This document shows positions 1 to 10,099 of a stretch of DNA of 64,000 nucleotides, piece by piece. Under the pieces are notes generated by a model. That model was not told where the DNA came from. It did not search any database and saw nothing but the letters and a program-made list of their open reading frames with translations. Position 1 is the stretch's first letter; every line of letters begins with the position of its first letter. This DNA is from an uncultured Clostridia bacterium. GTDB lineage: Bacteria; Bacillota; Clostridia; RUG12999. The stretch spans positions 3,426 through 67,425 of the forward strand of contig CAKVOK010000010.1 in the NCBI GenBank assembly GCA_934792465.1, in the 5' to 3' direction. The position numbers and the translations under genes are program-made.

Positions 1-1438
1 GATAAGCTTCTACAAACAGGGCGAATACACAGATTTGTGTGCAGGTCCGCATCTTATGACAACCGGCGCCGTAAAAGCATATAAGCTTCTGAGTGTAACG
101 GGCGCATACTGGAGAGGAAACGAGAAAAACAAAATGCTTCGCCGCATATACGGAACGGCATTTACAAAGAAAGCCGACCTTGACGCTCATATTGAAGCAC
201 TTGAAGAAGCTAAAAAACGTGACCACAACAAGCTCGGACGTGAACTCGGATTCTTTACAACGGTTGACATAATCGGTCAAGGACTCCCCGTAATGCTGCC
301 GAAAGGTGCAAAGGTTATTCAGCTTTTGCAGAGATTTGTTGAAGACTACGAAGCACTCTGCGGCTGGCAGCTCACAAAAACTCCGCTCATGGCAAAAAGC
401 GATTTATACAAGCTTTCCGGACACTGGGATCATTACAAAGAAGGTATGTTCGTAATGGGTGACGAGGAAAAGGATAAAGAAGTTTTTGCACTCCGTCCGA
501 TGACCTGTCCGTTCCAGTATCAGGCATATCTCAACGAGATGAGAAGCTACAGAGATTTGCCGATACGCTATGACGAAACATCAACGCTTTTCAGAAATGA
601 AGCTTCCGGAGAAATGCACGGTCTTATCCGTGTACGTCAGTTCACAATCTCCGAGGGACATCTTATGTGCCGTCCCGACCAGCTGGAACAGGAATTTAAA
701 GGCTGTCTTGAAATGGCAATATATATGCTTAAAACGCTCGGCCTTTACGAAGACGTATCATACCGCTTCTCGCAGTGGGACCCGAACGACAAGGAAAAAT
801 ATATAGGAACGGTTGAACAGTGGGACGAAGCGCAGGGCATCATGCAGAAAATACTCGACCACCTCGAAATACCATATAAAATCGGCATAGGCGAAGCCGC
901 ATTCTACGGTCCTAAGCTTGACATTCAGATTAAGAACGTCCACGGCAAGGAAGATACGCTTATAACAATTCAGATAGACCAGATGCTTGCGGAAAAATTC
1001 GGTATGGTATATACAGATTCCGATGGAAGCAAGAAAAACCCGTATATCATACACAGAACTTCTATCGGCTGCTACGAAAGAACACTTGCATTGCTTATCG
1101 AAAAATATGCGGGTGCATTCCCGGTATGGCTTGCACCTGTCCAGGTTGAAATCATTCCGATTTCCGATAAACACAGCGACTATGCATATGACGTAAAAGA
1201 AACTCTTACGAAAATGGGTATGCGTGCCGAAGTTGACACAAGAGCCGAAAAAATGGGATACAAAATCCGTGAAGCACAGCTTGCGAAGATACCTTATATG
1301 CTTATTGTCGGCGACAAAGAAATCGAGGACGGTGCAGTCGGCGTAAGAAAAAGAGGCGAAGGAGATATAGGCGCAATGAAGAAAGAAGATTTCTATGCGC
1401 TCATAAAGAACGACGTTGATACAAAGGTAATTTGGTAA
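1..1438 (+). CDS. thrS: Threonine--tRNA ligase, C-terminal ~470 aa. The 5' end lies outside the window.
   Basis: The ORF is open to the window edge. The translation shows class II aaRS motifs and a ThrRS-typical catalytic and anticodon-binding region (..RDHNKLGRELGFF.., ..FRNEASGEMHGLIRVRQFT.., C-terminal anticodon domain). Confidence 0.9.
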   Translation, partial: ISFYKQGEYTDLCAGPHLMTTGAVKAYKLLSVTGAYWRGNEKNKMLRRIYGTAFTKKADLDAHIEALEEAKKRDHNKLGRELGFFTTVDIIGQGLPVMLPKGAKVIQLLQRFVEDYEALCGWQLTKTPLMAKSDLYKLSGHWDHYKEGMFVMGDEEKDKEVFALRPMTCPFQYQAYLNEMRSYRDLPIRYDETSTLFRNEASGEMHGLIRVRQFTISEGHLMCRPDQLEQEFKGCLEMAIYMLKTLGLYEDVSYRFSQWDPNDKEKYIGTVEQWDEAQGIMQKILDHLEIPYKIGIGEAAFYGPKLDIQIKNVHGKEDTLITIQIDQMLAEKFGMVYTDSDGSKKNPYIIHRTSIGCYERTLALLIEKYAGAFPVWLAPVQVEIIPISDKHSDYAYDVKETLTKMGMRAEVDTRAEKMGYKIREAQLAKIPYMLIVGDKEIEDGAVGVRKRGEGDIGAMKKEDFYALIKNDVDTKVIW

Positions 1439-1456
1439 GAGAATGGAGATTAACAT

Positions 1457-2518
1457 ATGTTTGATAAGCTGGACTTTATAGAAAGCAGATATGCGGAGCT
1501 GAGCGCACAGGTAAGCGACCCGGAGGTCATTGCCGATACGGAGCTTTGGAGCAAGCTTTGCAAGGAGCTTTCGGATATAACGCCCATAGTTGAAAAATAC
1601 CGTGAATACAAACGGGCAAAGCAGGATGAAGCGGACGCAAAGGAAATGCTTTCCGACAAGGAATTTCACGATATGGCGGAACTTGAACTTGCGGACGCAC
1701 GTGCAAGAGAAGAACAGGCGGCGCACGACCTCAAAGTGCTTCTTCTTCCCACAGACCCGAACGACGACAAAAACGTTATCGTAGAAATCCGAGGCGGTGC
1801 GGGCGGCGATGAAGCCGCACTGTTCGCCGGAGTGCTTTTCAGAATGTATTCGATGTATGCGGAAAGCAGGCGATATAAGGTCGAGATTATCGACCAAAAC
1901 GAAACAGGTCTGGGCGGTTTCAAGGAAATCGTATTTCAGATTTCCGGAAAAGGTGCATACAGCCGTTTCAAATTCGAGAGCGGCGTACACCGCGTTCAGC
2001 GTGTGCCGGAAACGGAATCGAGCGGAAGAATACACACTTCGACCGTTACGGTTGCGGTTCTGCCGGAGGTTGAAGAACAAACCGTAGAGGTCAATCCGGC
2101 GGATTTGCGTATAGACGTATACCGTGCGAGCGGTGCCGGCGGTCAGCACATAAACAAAACGGAATCTGCCGTGCGTATTACGCATATTCCTACGGGAATC
2201 GTAGTTGCCTGCCAGTCGGAACGTTCGCAGTTCCAGAATAAAGACGCAGCAATGAAAATTCTGCGTTCAAAGCTGTATGAGGAATCGCAGAGGAAGCAGC
2301 ACGCCGAGCTTGCCGAGGAAAGAAAAAGCCAGGTGGGCACAGGCGACAGAAGCGAGCGTATAAGAACGTACAACTATCCGCAGGGACGTGTAACCGACCA
2401 CAGAATAGGTCTTACGCTTCATAAGCTGGAGCAAATCCTGAACGGAGATTTGGACGAACTTATCGATTCGCTGATAACGGCGGATCAGAGCGAAAAGCTG
2501 AAACACACCGAAAACTAA
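1457..2518 (+). CDS. prfA: Peptide chain release factor 1
   Basis: 353 aa with the GGQ motif ([27 protein letters not shown]) and a PET tripeptide in the decoding loop (RF1-type, not the SPF of RF2). It sits 19 nt after thrS. Confidence 0.9.
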   Translation: MFDKLDFIESRYAELSAQVSDPEVIADTELWSKLCKELSDITPIVEKYREYKRAKQDEADAKEMLSDKEFHDMAELELADARAREEQAAHDLKVLLLPTDPNDDKNVIVEIRGGAGGDEAALFAGVLFRMYSMYAESRRYKVEIIDQNETGLGGFKEIVFQISGKGAYSRFKFESGVHRVQRVPETESSGRIHTSTVTVAVLPEVEEQTVEVNPADLRIDVYRASGAGGQHINKTESAVRITHIPTGIVVACQSERSQFQNKDAAMKILRSKLYEESQRKQHAELAEERKSQVGTGDRSERIRTYNYPQGRVTDHRIGLTLHKLEQILNGDLDELIDSLITADQSEKLKHTEN

Positions 2519-2532
2519 ATATTAACACTTGC

Positions 2533-2570
2533 CTCCCGATGCGAATATACTGTAACGGGAGGTGATTTTT
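2533..2570 (+). terminator. Rho-independent terminator after prfA
   Basis: CCTCCCG ... CGGGAGG stem followed by TGATTTTT. Confidence 0.6.
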
Positions 2571-2615
2571 ACGACAAACTATATACCCATACAGCTTTCT
2601 TACGATGTGTGCGCA

Positions 2616-3176
2616 ATGGGAAATTTTTTAAGCTGTGCCAATTTGCAGAATCATTATGAAATATATCTTAGCTATGTACGGCAGTTTAACCGATTGAGAA
2701 CCGAAAATCCGAAACAATCCGCAATGTCGCCGGAAGAAATACTTTCGACTCCGTTTGCGCTGCCGTGGCAAGTCAGAACCAAATTTATCGACATTGCCGG
2801 CGGTATATACAATCATGAAATCACATTCGATTCCATGACTCCTACAAAAGGCACTGCGCCGAGCAAGGTTCTTTCCGATGAAATCACCGCAAGCTTCGGC
2901 GATATGGATTCCATAAAAAAACGCTTTACAGACGCAGGCAATGCCCTTGTCGGAACCGGATATGTGATGATTATAAAAAACCCGTCGGGTTCGCTAAACG
3001 TAATATCCATGCCGGACGAGGAAAGCTCGGTTATCGACAGAATGTATCCCATATTAATGCTCGACCTGTGGGAACACGCATATGCATCAAACTTTTTTGA
3101 ACGTGAAAATTATATAAATAAATGGTTTGAATATATAAATTGGGATACCGCAAGCGCACGCTATGCAAATCAATAA
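2616..3176 (+). CDS. Divergent Fe/Mn superoxide dismutase-family protein, possibly inactive or decaying
   Basis: The C-terminus, LDLWEHAYASNFFERENYINKWFEYINWDTASARY, matches the SOD D-x-WEHAYY...NW signature. Internal IAGGIYNHEITF resembles the SOD NHS region. The N-terminal HHxKHH block is degenerate (NHYEIY). The ORF-track start (GTG at 2562) lies inside the prfA terminator stem, so I place the start at the first ATG (2616). No clear RBS is visible. Confidence 0.45.
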   Translation: MGNFLSCANLQNHYEIYLSYVRQFNRLRTENPKQSAMSPEEILSTPFALPWQVRTKFIDIAGGIYNHEITFDSMTPTKGTAPSKVLSDEITASFGDMDSIKKRFTDAGNALVGTGYVMIIKNPSGSLNVISMPDEESSVIDRMYPILMLDLWEHAYASNFFERENYINKWFEYINWDTASARYANQ

Positions 3177-3396
3177 AAAAGAATGTATTCATTGAAAGGG
3201 GCTGCTGTGTTAAACCGGCCTCTTTTCTGCATAGCATATTAAAAAGTATAAAAATATATACAAAAAAATATAAAAATTTTGTTCAAAAAAGCTTGATTTA
3301 AATACAAAAATATGATACAATAAAAATGTATAGCATTCAATGTTCTGTCAAAAATTTGTCATGATTATGTTTTTTTGCCCAGATTGAAAAAAACAT

Positions 3397-3424
3397 TGAT
3401 TTTTACGACATTATGTTGTATAAT
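3397..3424 (+). promoter_or_regulatory. Sigma-A-like promoter for hprK
   Basis: TTGATT, a 16-nt spacer, then TATAAT, about 40 nt upstream of the RBS ttgaGGAGGaaaaacaATG. Confidence 0.4.
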
Positions 3425-3465
3425 AAATCATAAAGATATGAAATGTATCTTGAGGAGGAAAAACA

Positions 3466-4410
3466 ATGGAAAACTCCGGCACAAAAACTTTTACCGTAAA
3501 GCTTTCGCAGATAATAAGCGAGCTTCATTTGAAGAAAATTTATTATACCGACGACATGGATTCCGTTGAGGTTTCAAGTGCGGATATTAACCGTCCCGGT
3601 TTGCAGCTTATAGGGTTCTTCAACTATTTCGACCAAAAACGAATCGAAATTATCGGCAAAGTCGAAATGACGTATCTTGAAAAAATGCAGCCGAGCGAAC
3701 GCAGAGAAAGCCTTGACAAGCTTTTCTCATACAGATTCCCTGCCGCAATAATCACACGCAGTATGACGCCGTTTCCGGAAATGCTCGAAGCTGCCGAAAA
3801 ATACAACGTTCCGCTTTTGCAGACCGAGGAAATCAGCAGCCGCTTCATGAGCGAAATAATACGTAATCTTAACGTATGGCTTGCCCCGAGAATCACAAGA
3901 CACGGAGTGTTGGTGGAAGTATACGGCGAAGGACTTCTTCTCTTGGGAGAAAGCGGCGTCGGAAAAAGCGAAACCGCAATAGAGCTTTTGAAGCGCGGAC
4001 ACCGCCTTGTTGCGGACGATGCGGTAGAAATCAAAAAAGTATCGAACAGCAGCCTTGTGGGTTCATCGCCCGCAATCATTCGTCATTTTATAGAATTACG
4101 GGGAATAGGCATTGTAAACGTTCGTAATATATTCGGTATGGGTGCTGTAAAAGATACGGAAAAGATAGATTTAATCGTACATCTTGAGCATTGGCGCCAG
4201 GGTGTGGAATATGACAGACTCGGAATTGACGAAACATATACAAATCTTTTGGGAATCGACGTTCCTTCCATAACCGTTCCTGTTCGTCAGGGCAGAAACC
4301 TTGCGGTTATTATGGAGGTTGCCGCTATGAACAACCGTCAGAAACGAATGGGATTCAATGCGGCGCAGGAGCTTAACGAACGTCTTGCAAAAGAAATGCA
4401 GCAGCAATAA
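3466..4410 (+). CDS. hprK: HPr kinase/phosphorylase
   Basis: Walker A GESGVGKSETAIELLKRGHRLVADDAVEI and the HprK signature C-terminal domain, with a strong RBS. Confidence 0.9.
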   Translation: MENSGTKTFTVKLSQIISELHLKKIYYTDDMDSVEVSSADINRPGLQLIGFFNYFDQKRIEIIGKVEMTYLEKMQPSERRESLDKLFSYRFPAAIITRSMTPFPEMLEAAEKYNVPLLQTEEISSRFMSEIIRNLNVWLAPRITRHGVLVEVYGEGLLLLGESGVGKSETAIELLKRGHRLVADDAVEIKKVSNSSLVGSSPAIIRHFIELRGIGIVNVRNIFGMGAVKDTEKIDLIVHLEHWRQGVEYDRLGIDETYTNLLGIDVPSITVPVRQGRNLAVIMEVAAMNNRQKRMGFNAAQELNERLAKEMQQQ

Positions 4411-4445
4411 GCTGTTTGACACATATATTTAGGAGGAAACAGATA

Positions 4446-5384
4446 ATGTACATCGGAATTGATCTCGGAGGAACAAATATTGCGGTAGGACTCGTAAATG
4501 AGGACGGAAAGATAATTCATAAGGATTCCGTTCCGACGCTTGCAGACCGCCCGTATCAGGAAATAATAAAAGACATGGGTATGCTCGTAAACAAGGTTAT
4601 AAAAGACGGAGGAGCAACCGTTGACGAAATTAAGTCTGTAGGAATCGGAAGTCCCGGAACCTGCGACAACAAAAACGGAGTTATTGTATACGCAAATAAT
4701 ATAAACTTTTTTAACACTCCCATGAGAGAGGAATTGCAGAAATACATCGACAAGCCTATCTACATGGAGAATGACGCAAATGTTGCGGCACTTGCGGAAT
4801 ATTTTATATTGAATAAAGAGATGCAATGCTTCATTTTCATAACTCTCGGCACAGGCGTAGGCGGCGGTATTATTATAAACGGAAAGATATTTTCAGGCTT
4901 CAACGGTGCCGGCGCAGAGCTCGGACATACGGTTATAACAGAGGACGGAGAGCCCTGTACCTGCGGCAGAAACGGCTGCTGGGAGGCTTATGCTTCGGTT
5001 ACCGCACTTATAAGACAGACTAAAAAATCAATGGCGGAAAACCCGGATTCGCTCATGCACACAGTAGCTGCTGAAGAAGGGAAAATCAGCGGAAAAACCG
5101 CATTCATAGCAGCTAAAAAGGGCGACGAGGCAGGTCTTAAAGTTGTAAAAGCATATGCAAAACACGTTTCCGTAGGAATTGCAAACATGATTAATATATT
5201 CCAGCCGGAAATGCTTGTTATAGGCGGCGGAATCAGCAAAGAGGGCGACTATCTGCTTAATCCTATAAAGGAATTTTGCAACGGTCAGACATATGATAAA
5301 GGCGGAATACCGACAACAAAAATTTCCATAGCACAGCTCGGAAACGATGCCGGCATAATCGGCGCCGCATTCCTCGGCAAATAA
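4446..5384 (+). CDS. glcK: ROK-family glucokinase
   Basis: N-terminus MYIGIDLGGTNIAVGLV, ROK zinc motif CTCGRNGCWEAYAS, and RBS aGGAGGaaacagataATG. The track start at 4416 is probably spurious. Confidence 0.8.
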   Translation: MYIGIDLGGTNIAVGLVNEDGKIIHKDSVPTLADRPYQEIIKDMGMLVNKVIKDGGATVDEIKSVGIGSPGTCDNKNGVIVYANNINFFNTPMREELQKYIDKPIYMENDANVAALAEYFILNKEMQCFIFITLGTGVGGGIIINGKIFSGFNGAGAELGHTVITEDGEPCTCGRNGCWEAYASVTALIRQTKKSMAENPDSLMHTVAAEEGKISGKTAFIAAKKGDEAGLKVVKAYAKHVSVGIANMINIFQPEMLVIGGGISKEGDYLLNPIKEFCNGQTYDKGGIPTTKISIAQLGNDAGIIGAAFLGK

Positions 5385-5406
5385 AATAAATAACGGAGGT
5401 TATACA

Positions 5407-6285
5407 ATGCTTTTTGAGGGAATTAACGTTTATACAAATGAAAGTATGAAAAAACACACTACCTTTAGAATAGGCGGAAATGCAGATTACTTTCTTATTC
5501 CCGAAAACACTTCCGAATTGCAGTCGGCAATAAAAATTTGCCGTGCAAACAATATCCCGTATTTTATACTCGGAAACGGTTCCAATATACTCGTATCCGA
5601 CAAGGGAATCGAGGGTGCCGTTATCTCTACGGAAAAGCTTAACACAATCGAAGTATATGAGGATACGATATATGCACAGGCGGGAGCAAAGCTTTCCAAA
5701 ACAGCAAGCATTGCTGCGGAAAATTCGCTTTCCGGATTTGAAACCCTGAGCGGCATACCCGGGACCGTAGGCGGAGCGGTATTTATGAATGCCGGAGCTT
5801 ACGGCGGCGAAATAAAAGATGTCGCACTTGAGGTCTATGCAATTGACGAAAACGGCAATGAAAAGACATTTTCAAATTCCGAATGTAATTTCGGCTACAG
5901 AAGCAGTATTTTCTCCTCCGGAGAATATATAATAACCGGAGCAAAATTCAGGCTCCGCACAAAAGATAAAGATGAAATAACTGCGCAAATGCGTGATTAT
6001 GCGGAGCGCAGACGTGACAGGCAGCCTTTGTCTTTTCCGAGTGCCGGCAGCACTTTCAAAAGGCCGGAAGGATATTTCGCCGGCAAGCTGATTCAAGACA
6101 GCGGCCTGCGGGGATTCGCTATAGGCGGAGCGGCAGTGTCGGAAAAACATTGCGGATTCGTTGTAAATACAGGCAATGCGACATGCAGCGACGTTGTTAA
6201 TCTGATAGATTATATAAAGAAATGCGTATACGAAAAATTCGGTGTAATGCTGCATGAGGAAGTACGCATTATAGGCAGAAAATAA
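5407..6285 (+). CDS. murB: UDP-N-acetylenolpyruvoylglucosamine reductase
   Basis: FAD-binding N-terminus FRIGGNADYF..LGNGSNILVSD and a MurB C-terminal domain. RBS acGGAGGttatacaATG. Confidence 0.9.
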   Translation: MLFEGINVYTNESMKKHTTFRIGGNADYFLIPENTSELQSAIKICRANNIPYFILGNGSNILVSDKGIEGAVISTEKLNTIEVYEDTIYAQAGAKLSKTASIAAENSLSGFETLSGIPGTVGGAVFMNAGAYGGEIKDVALEVYAIDENGNEKTFSNSECNFGYRSSIFSSGEYIITGAKFRLRTKDKDEITAQMRDYAERRRDRQPLSFPSAGSTFKRPEGYFAGKLIQDSGLRGFAIGGAAVSEKHCGFVVNTGNATCSDVVNLIDYIKKCVYEKFGVMLHEEVRIIGRK

Positions 6286-6295
6286 GGTGAATTAA

Positions 6296-7153
6296 ATGAA
6301 CTTTTTGATTGTTACCGGAATGAGCGGTGCGGGAAAATCAAGCGTGAAAAAATTTCTCGAAGATATAGGGTATTATTGTATAGACAATATGCCTCCGGCT
6401 TTGATGCTCCCGTTCGCACAGGTGTGCAGCCGTTCGGACATAAAAATAGATAAAATTGCATTTGTAACGGACTTGCGTGGCGGAAACCTCTTTAACGAGT
6501 TGTTCAAAACGCTGGACGCCATAAAAAAAGCCGGTTTTACATACGAAATACTCTTTTTGGACGCTTCTACAAAGACGCTTGTTCACAGATACAAGGAAAC
6601 AAGGCGCACACACCCGCTGTCTGCCGGAGATACCATTACGGACGGCATAAACAAGGAGCGTATGCTCTTGTCGGACGTCAGAAAAATAGCGGACAATATA
6701 ATAGATACCACTTCTCTTTCTCCGTCACAGCTGCGTGAGGAATTATGCTCGATATACAGCAAAGGCAACAAATACAAAGGAATCGTAATAGATATTATCT
6801 CGTTCGGTTTCAAAAACGGAATCCCAATGGACGTGGACCTTGTTTTTGACGTTCGTTTTTTGCCGAATCCGTTTTATATCGAAGAATTGAAGCACAAATC
6901 GGGACTTGATAAGGAAGTGCGTGATTACGTCACAAGCTTTCCGCAGACAATTGAATTTGAAAAGAAACTCCAAGATATGATTTCGTTTCTTATTCCGTAT
7001 TATATCGAAGAAGGGAAAAATCAGCTGATAATATCCATAGGCTGTACCGGAGGAAAGCACAGAAGCGTAACAATCGCCGAAAGGCTCGGAGAATTTTTGA
7101 AAAGCAAAAATTACAGAACGGTCATAGAACACCGTGATTATAAAAACGAATAA
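6296..7153 (+). CDS. rapZ: RNase adapter / nucleotide-binding protein RapZ (YvcJ family)
   Basis: P-loop MNFLIVTGMSGAGKSS, the IDNMPP motif and a C-terminal RapZ domain. Confidence 0.85.
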   Translation: MNFLIVTGMSGAGKSSVKKFLEDIGYYCIDNMPPALMLPFAQVCSRSDIKIDKIAFVTDLRGGNLFNELFKTLDAIKKAGFTYEILFLDASTKTLVHRYKETRRTHPLSAGDTITDGINKERMLLSDVRKIADNIIDTTSLSPSQLREELCSIYSKGNKYKGIVIDIISFGFKNGIPMDVDLVFDVRFLPNPFYIEELKHKSGLDKEVRDYVTSFPQTIEFEKKLQDMISFLIPYYIEEGKNQLIISIGCTGGKHRSVTIAERLGEFLKSKNYRTVIEHRDYKNE

Positions 7154-7165
7154 AGAAGTGAAATA

Positions 7166-7891
7166 ATGTACAGATTTTTTTGTGACACTGACGGCGAAAC
7201 AGTTACCGTAACCGGCGAAGACGCACACCATATTTCAAACGTACTGCGTATGGAAAAAGGCGAAAATATCATTGCTTGCTGCGGCGACGGTCTTGATTAT
7301 ATTTCGGAAATTACCGATATAACAAAGGATAAAGTAATCGCAAAAGTAATAAAAACCGAGCCGTCAAAAGGAGAAAGCAACATCAAAGTTACGCTTTTTC
7401 AGGGATTGCCGAAAGGCGAAAAATTCGATACCGTTATACAGAAATCCATTGAACTCGGCGTATTTGAGATAGTACCGCTGATGCTCAGCCGCTGCGTTGC
7501 AAAAGTAGACGAAAAAAAGAAAGAAGCCAAAACACAGCGTTGGAACAAGATAGCACTTTCCGCCGCAAAGCAATGCGGACGGGGCATTGTTCCGCAGGTG
7601 AAACCTCCTTTGAAACTTAAAGAAGCCACAGAGCTTATGAAAGGTTTTGACCTTGTTATAATAGCTTATGAAGAAGAAAGAGAAACCACGTTGAAAGATA
7701 TACTCTCGTCCTGCGGCGATGTTTCGAGCATGGCCGTTGTCATAGGTCCGGAGGGCGGTATTGAGAAAGAAGAACTGCACTATCTTGCAGAAAATGCAAA
7801 CGGGAAATCGGTGACATTGGGAGAACGGATTCTGCGAACGGAAACCGCACCCATAAGCCTGATTTCCATGATAATATATCATTTTATGTAA
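7166..7891 (+). CDS. rsmE: 16S rRNA (uracil1498-N3)-methyltransferase RsmE
   Basis: RsmE-like N-terminus MYRFFCD....GEDAHHISNVLRMEKGE and a C-terminal SPOUT domain. Confidence 0.75.
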   Translation: MYRFFCDTDGETVTVTGEDAHHISNVLRMEKGENIIACCGDGLDYISEITDITKDKVIAKVIKTEPSKGESNIKVTLFQGLPKGEKFDTVIQKSIELGVFEIVPLMLSRCVAKVDEKKKEAKTQRWNKIALSAAKQCGRGIVPQVKPPLKLKEATELMKGFDLVIIAYEEERETTLKDILSSCGDVSSMAVVIGPEGGIEKEELHYLAENANGKSVTLGERILRTETAPISLISMIIYHFM

Positions 7892-7986
7892 ACTCATACC
7901 GAATTTATTCGGTATTGCGCAAAAGCTGTTGTGTATGCTCACTGCGAACAGCTGCGCCAATATAATTTTTAGTGAGCGGAAAGGTA

Positions 7987-8967
7987 ATGAATATTATGAA
8001 ACTCGGAGTTTTAACAGTAGCAACATACGACAAAACCCTCGAAGAGGCTGCAAAATATCTGAGCGGCCTTGGTGTACAGGCTCTTGAAATAGGAGCAGGC
8101 GGCTGCCCCGGAAACACACATCTGAATCCGGACGATTACCTCGGCAAACCCGAAAAAATCGCAGAACTTAAAGCAATGCTTAAAAAATATAATTTGGAAG
8201 TTCCGGCACTCAGCTGCCACGGAAACTGTGTTCACCCGAAAAAAGAAATTGCGGCAAAATTCCAGGCAGATTTTGAAAAAACCGTACTTCTTGCGGAACA
8301 GATGGGAATAGATACAATCGTAACTTTCTCCGGCTGCCCCGGCGGAAGTGAGGTTGATATGACTCCGAACTGGGCTGTATGCCCATGGCCGGAGGATTTC
8401 CTCGAAGTCCTTGATTACCAGTGGAACAAAGTATTGATTCCGTATTGGAAAGAAGCCGTAAAATTTGCGAACGCTCACGGTGTTAAGAAAATCGCTCTTG
8501 AAATGCATCCGGGATTCTGCGTATACAATCCGGAAACGTGTCTTAAACTGCGTGAAGCTGTCGGCGACACAATCGGTGCGAATGTTGACCCGAGCCACCT
8601 TTTCTGGCAGGGTATCGACATTGTTGCGGCAATACGCAAACTCGGAGAGGCCGGTGCTATATATCATTTCCATGCAAAAGATACGAAAATTGACCCGATT
8701 AACTGCGGTGTTAACGGCGTGCTTGATACAAAGCACTACAGCGATGAGATTCATCGTTCATGGATATTCCGTTCCGTTGGTTACGGTCACGATCTCCAGA
8801 CATGGAAAGACATCATAAGCAATTTAAGGCTTGTAGGCTATGACGGAATTATAAGCATCGAGCATGAGGACAGCCTTATGACGGGCAAAGAGGGTCTTGA
8901 AAAAGCAATTGCATTCTTAAAGGAAACAATTATATTTGAATCAAAAGGCGATATGTGGTGGGCATAA
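7987..8967 (+). CDS. Sugar phosphate isomerase/epimerase (xylose-isomerase-like TIM barrel)
   Basis: AP-endonuclease-2/TIM-barrel family pattern (..ALEIGAGG.., ..IALEMHPG.., ..SIEHED..). Possible starts are 7972, 7987 and 7996; 7987 has the best RBS (GGAAAGG). Confidence 0.65.
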   Translation: MNIMKLGVLTVATYDKTLEEAAKYLSGLGVQALEIGAGGCPGNTHLNPDDYLGKPEKIAELKAMLKKYNLEVPALSCHGNCVHPKKEIAAKFQADFEKTVLLAEQMGIDTIVTFSGCPGGSEVDMTPNWAVCPWPEDFLEVLDYQWNKVLIPYWKEAVKFANAHGVKKIALEMHPGFCVYNPETCLKLREAVGDTIGANVDPSHLFWQGIDIVAAIRKLGEAGAIYHFHAKDTKIDPINCGVNGVLDTKHYSDEIHRSWIFRSVGYGHDLQTWKDIISNLRLVGYDGIISIEHEDSLMTGKEGLEKAIAFLKETIIFESKGDMWWA

Positions 8968-8993
8968 GCTCAACATCACGGAGGTTATAAACT

Positions 8994-10064
8994 ATGATTA
9001 AAGACAAATATGCACTGGGCATTATAGGTTTCGGCGGAATGGCGGGACATCACTGTACCCAGCTCGCAAAGGGAAATACAAAAGTATATGTTAAAGGTGT
9101 ATACGACATAAAGGAAGAACGTCTTGAAGCCGCAAAGGGAAAAGGCTTTAAAGCATATTCTTCAAGAGAAGAACTGCTTGCGGACAAGGATATAGACATA
9201 GTTCTTGTTTCGGCGTTTAATGATGTACATAAAGAGATTGCCATTGCCGCTTTGCGTGCCGGCAAGCACGTTTTATGCGAAAAACCGGTAACTCCCACTT
9301 GTGCTGAGCTTGAAGAGATTATGGCAGTTGCAAAAGAAACGGGCAAAGTGTTCACGGTTGACCAAAACAGACGTGTAAACAAAGATTTCGTTCTTATGCG
9401 CCGCCATGTGGAAGCAGGCGATATCGGAGATGTATATGTAATCGAATCGCGTGTTGAGGGTTCGAGAGGTATGCCTAAGGGTTGGCGTACAATAAAGGAA
9501 CTCGGCGGCGGAATGATGCTCGACTGGGGCGTTCACCTTATCGACCAGATTATGTATATGATTGACGAAAAGGTTACAAACGTATTCTGCAAAATGTATT
9601 CCATAAACTACAAGGGTGTTGACGATAATGTGCATGTAACGCTTACATTCGAAAGCGGACTTACTGCGCATATAGAGGTCGGCACAAACAACTTTATTAT
9701 GCATCCGCGCTGGTATGTTCTCGGCTCTACCGGAACACTTCAGATAGACAGTTGGGACTGCGACGGCAAAATCGTGCGCAAAAAAGACGATGACAATGAA
9801 TGGGCGGAAGAAATCGTATATACAAAGGCAGGGCCTACAAAGACAATGGCTCCGAGAAATCCGAACACAACGGAAGAAATTACACTTTCCGAGCCTTTGG
9901 ACGTAATAGACAACTTAGACCCTGTATATGATCAGCTCGTAGATGCTATCGAGGGAAAAGCTCCTCTGAAAATCACTCCGGAACAGGCATGGAGAGTTGT
10001 TAAAGTAATGGAAGCAGCTTTCAAATCCGCAGAAACCGGAGAGGCTATTAAAGTAAATATATAA
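8994..10064 (+). CDS. Gfo/Idh/MocA-family oxidoreductase
   Basis: Rossmann N-terminus LGIIGFGGMAGHH and the EKP motif (VLCEKPV). It is commonly paired with the preceding isomerase. Confidence 0.8.
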   Translation: MIKDKYALGIIGFGGMAGHHCTQLAKGNTKVYVKGVYDIKEERLEAAKGKGFKAYSSREELLADKDIDIVLVSAFNDVHKEIAIAALRAGKHVLCEKPVTPTCAELEEIMAVAKETGKVFTVDQNRRVNKDFVLMRRHVEAGDIGDVYVIESRVEGSRGMPKGWRTIKELGGGMMLDWGVHLIDQIMYMIDEKVTNVFCKMYSINYKGVDDNVHVTLTFESGLTAHIEVGTNNFIMHPRWYVLGSTGTLQIDSWDCDGKIVRKKDDDNEWAEEIVYTKAGPTKTMAPRNPNTTEEITLSEPLDVIDNLDPVYDQLVDAIEGKAPLKITPEQAWRVVKVMEAAFKSAETGEAIKVNI

Positions 10065-10099
10065 TATTTTGCTAAAGCCCCATACGGAGGTGTAATAAA

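Noticed and set aside
758-2185. 475-aa minus-strand ORF
   Set aside because: It lies entirely antisense to the well-supported thrS and prfA genes. Its translation is low-complexity (R/F/V-rich) with no RBS or domain signal, so it is an antisense artefact.
3375-3569. 64-aa ORF in the hprK upstream region
   Set aside because: It runs through the hprK promoter and RBS into hprK in another frame, with no RBS of its own. The hprK call is far stronger.
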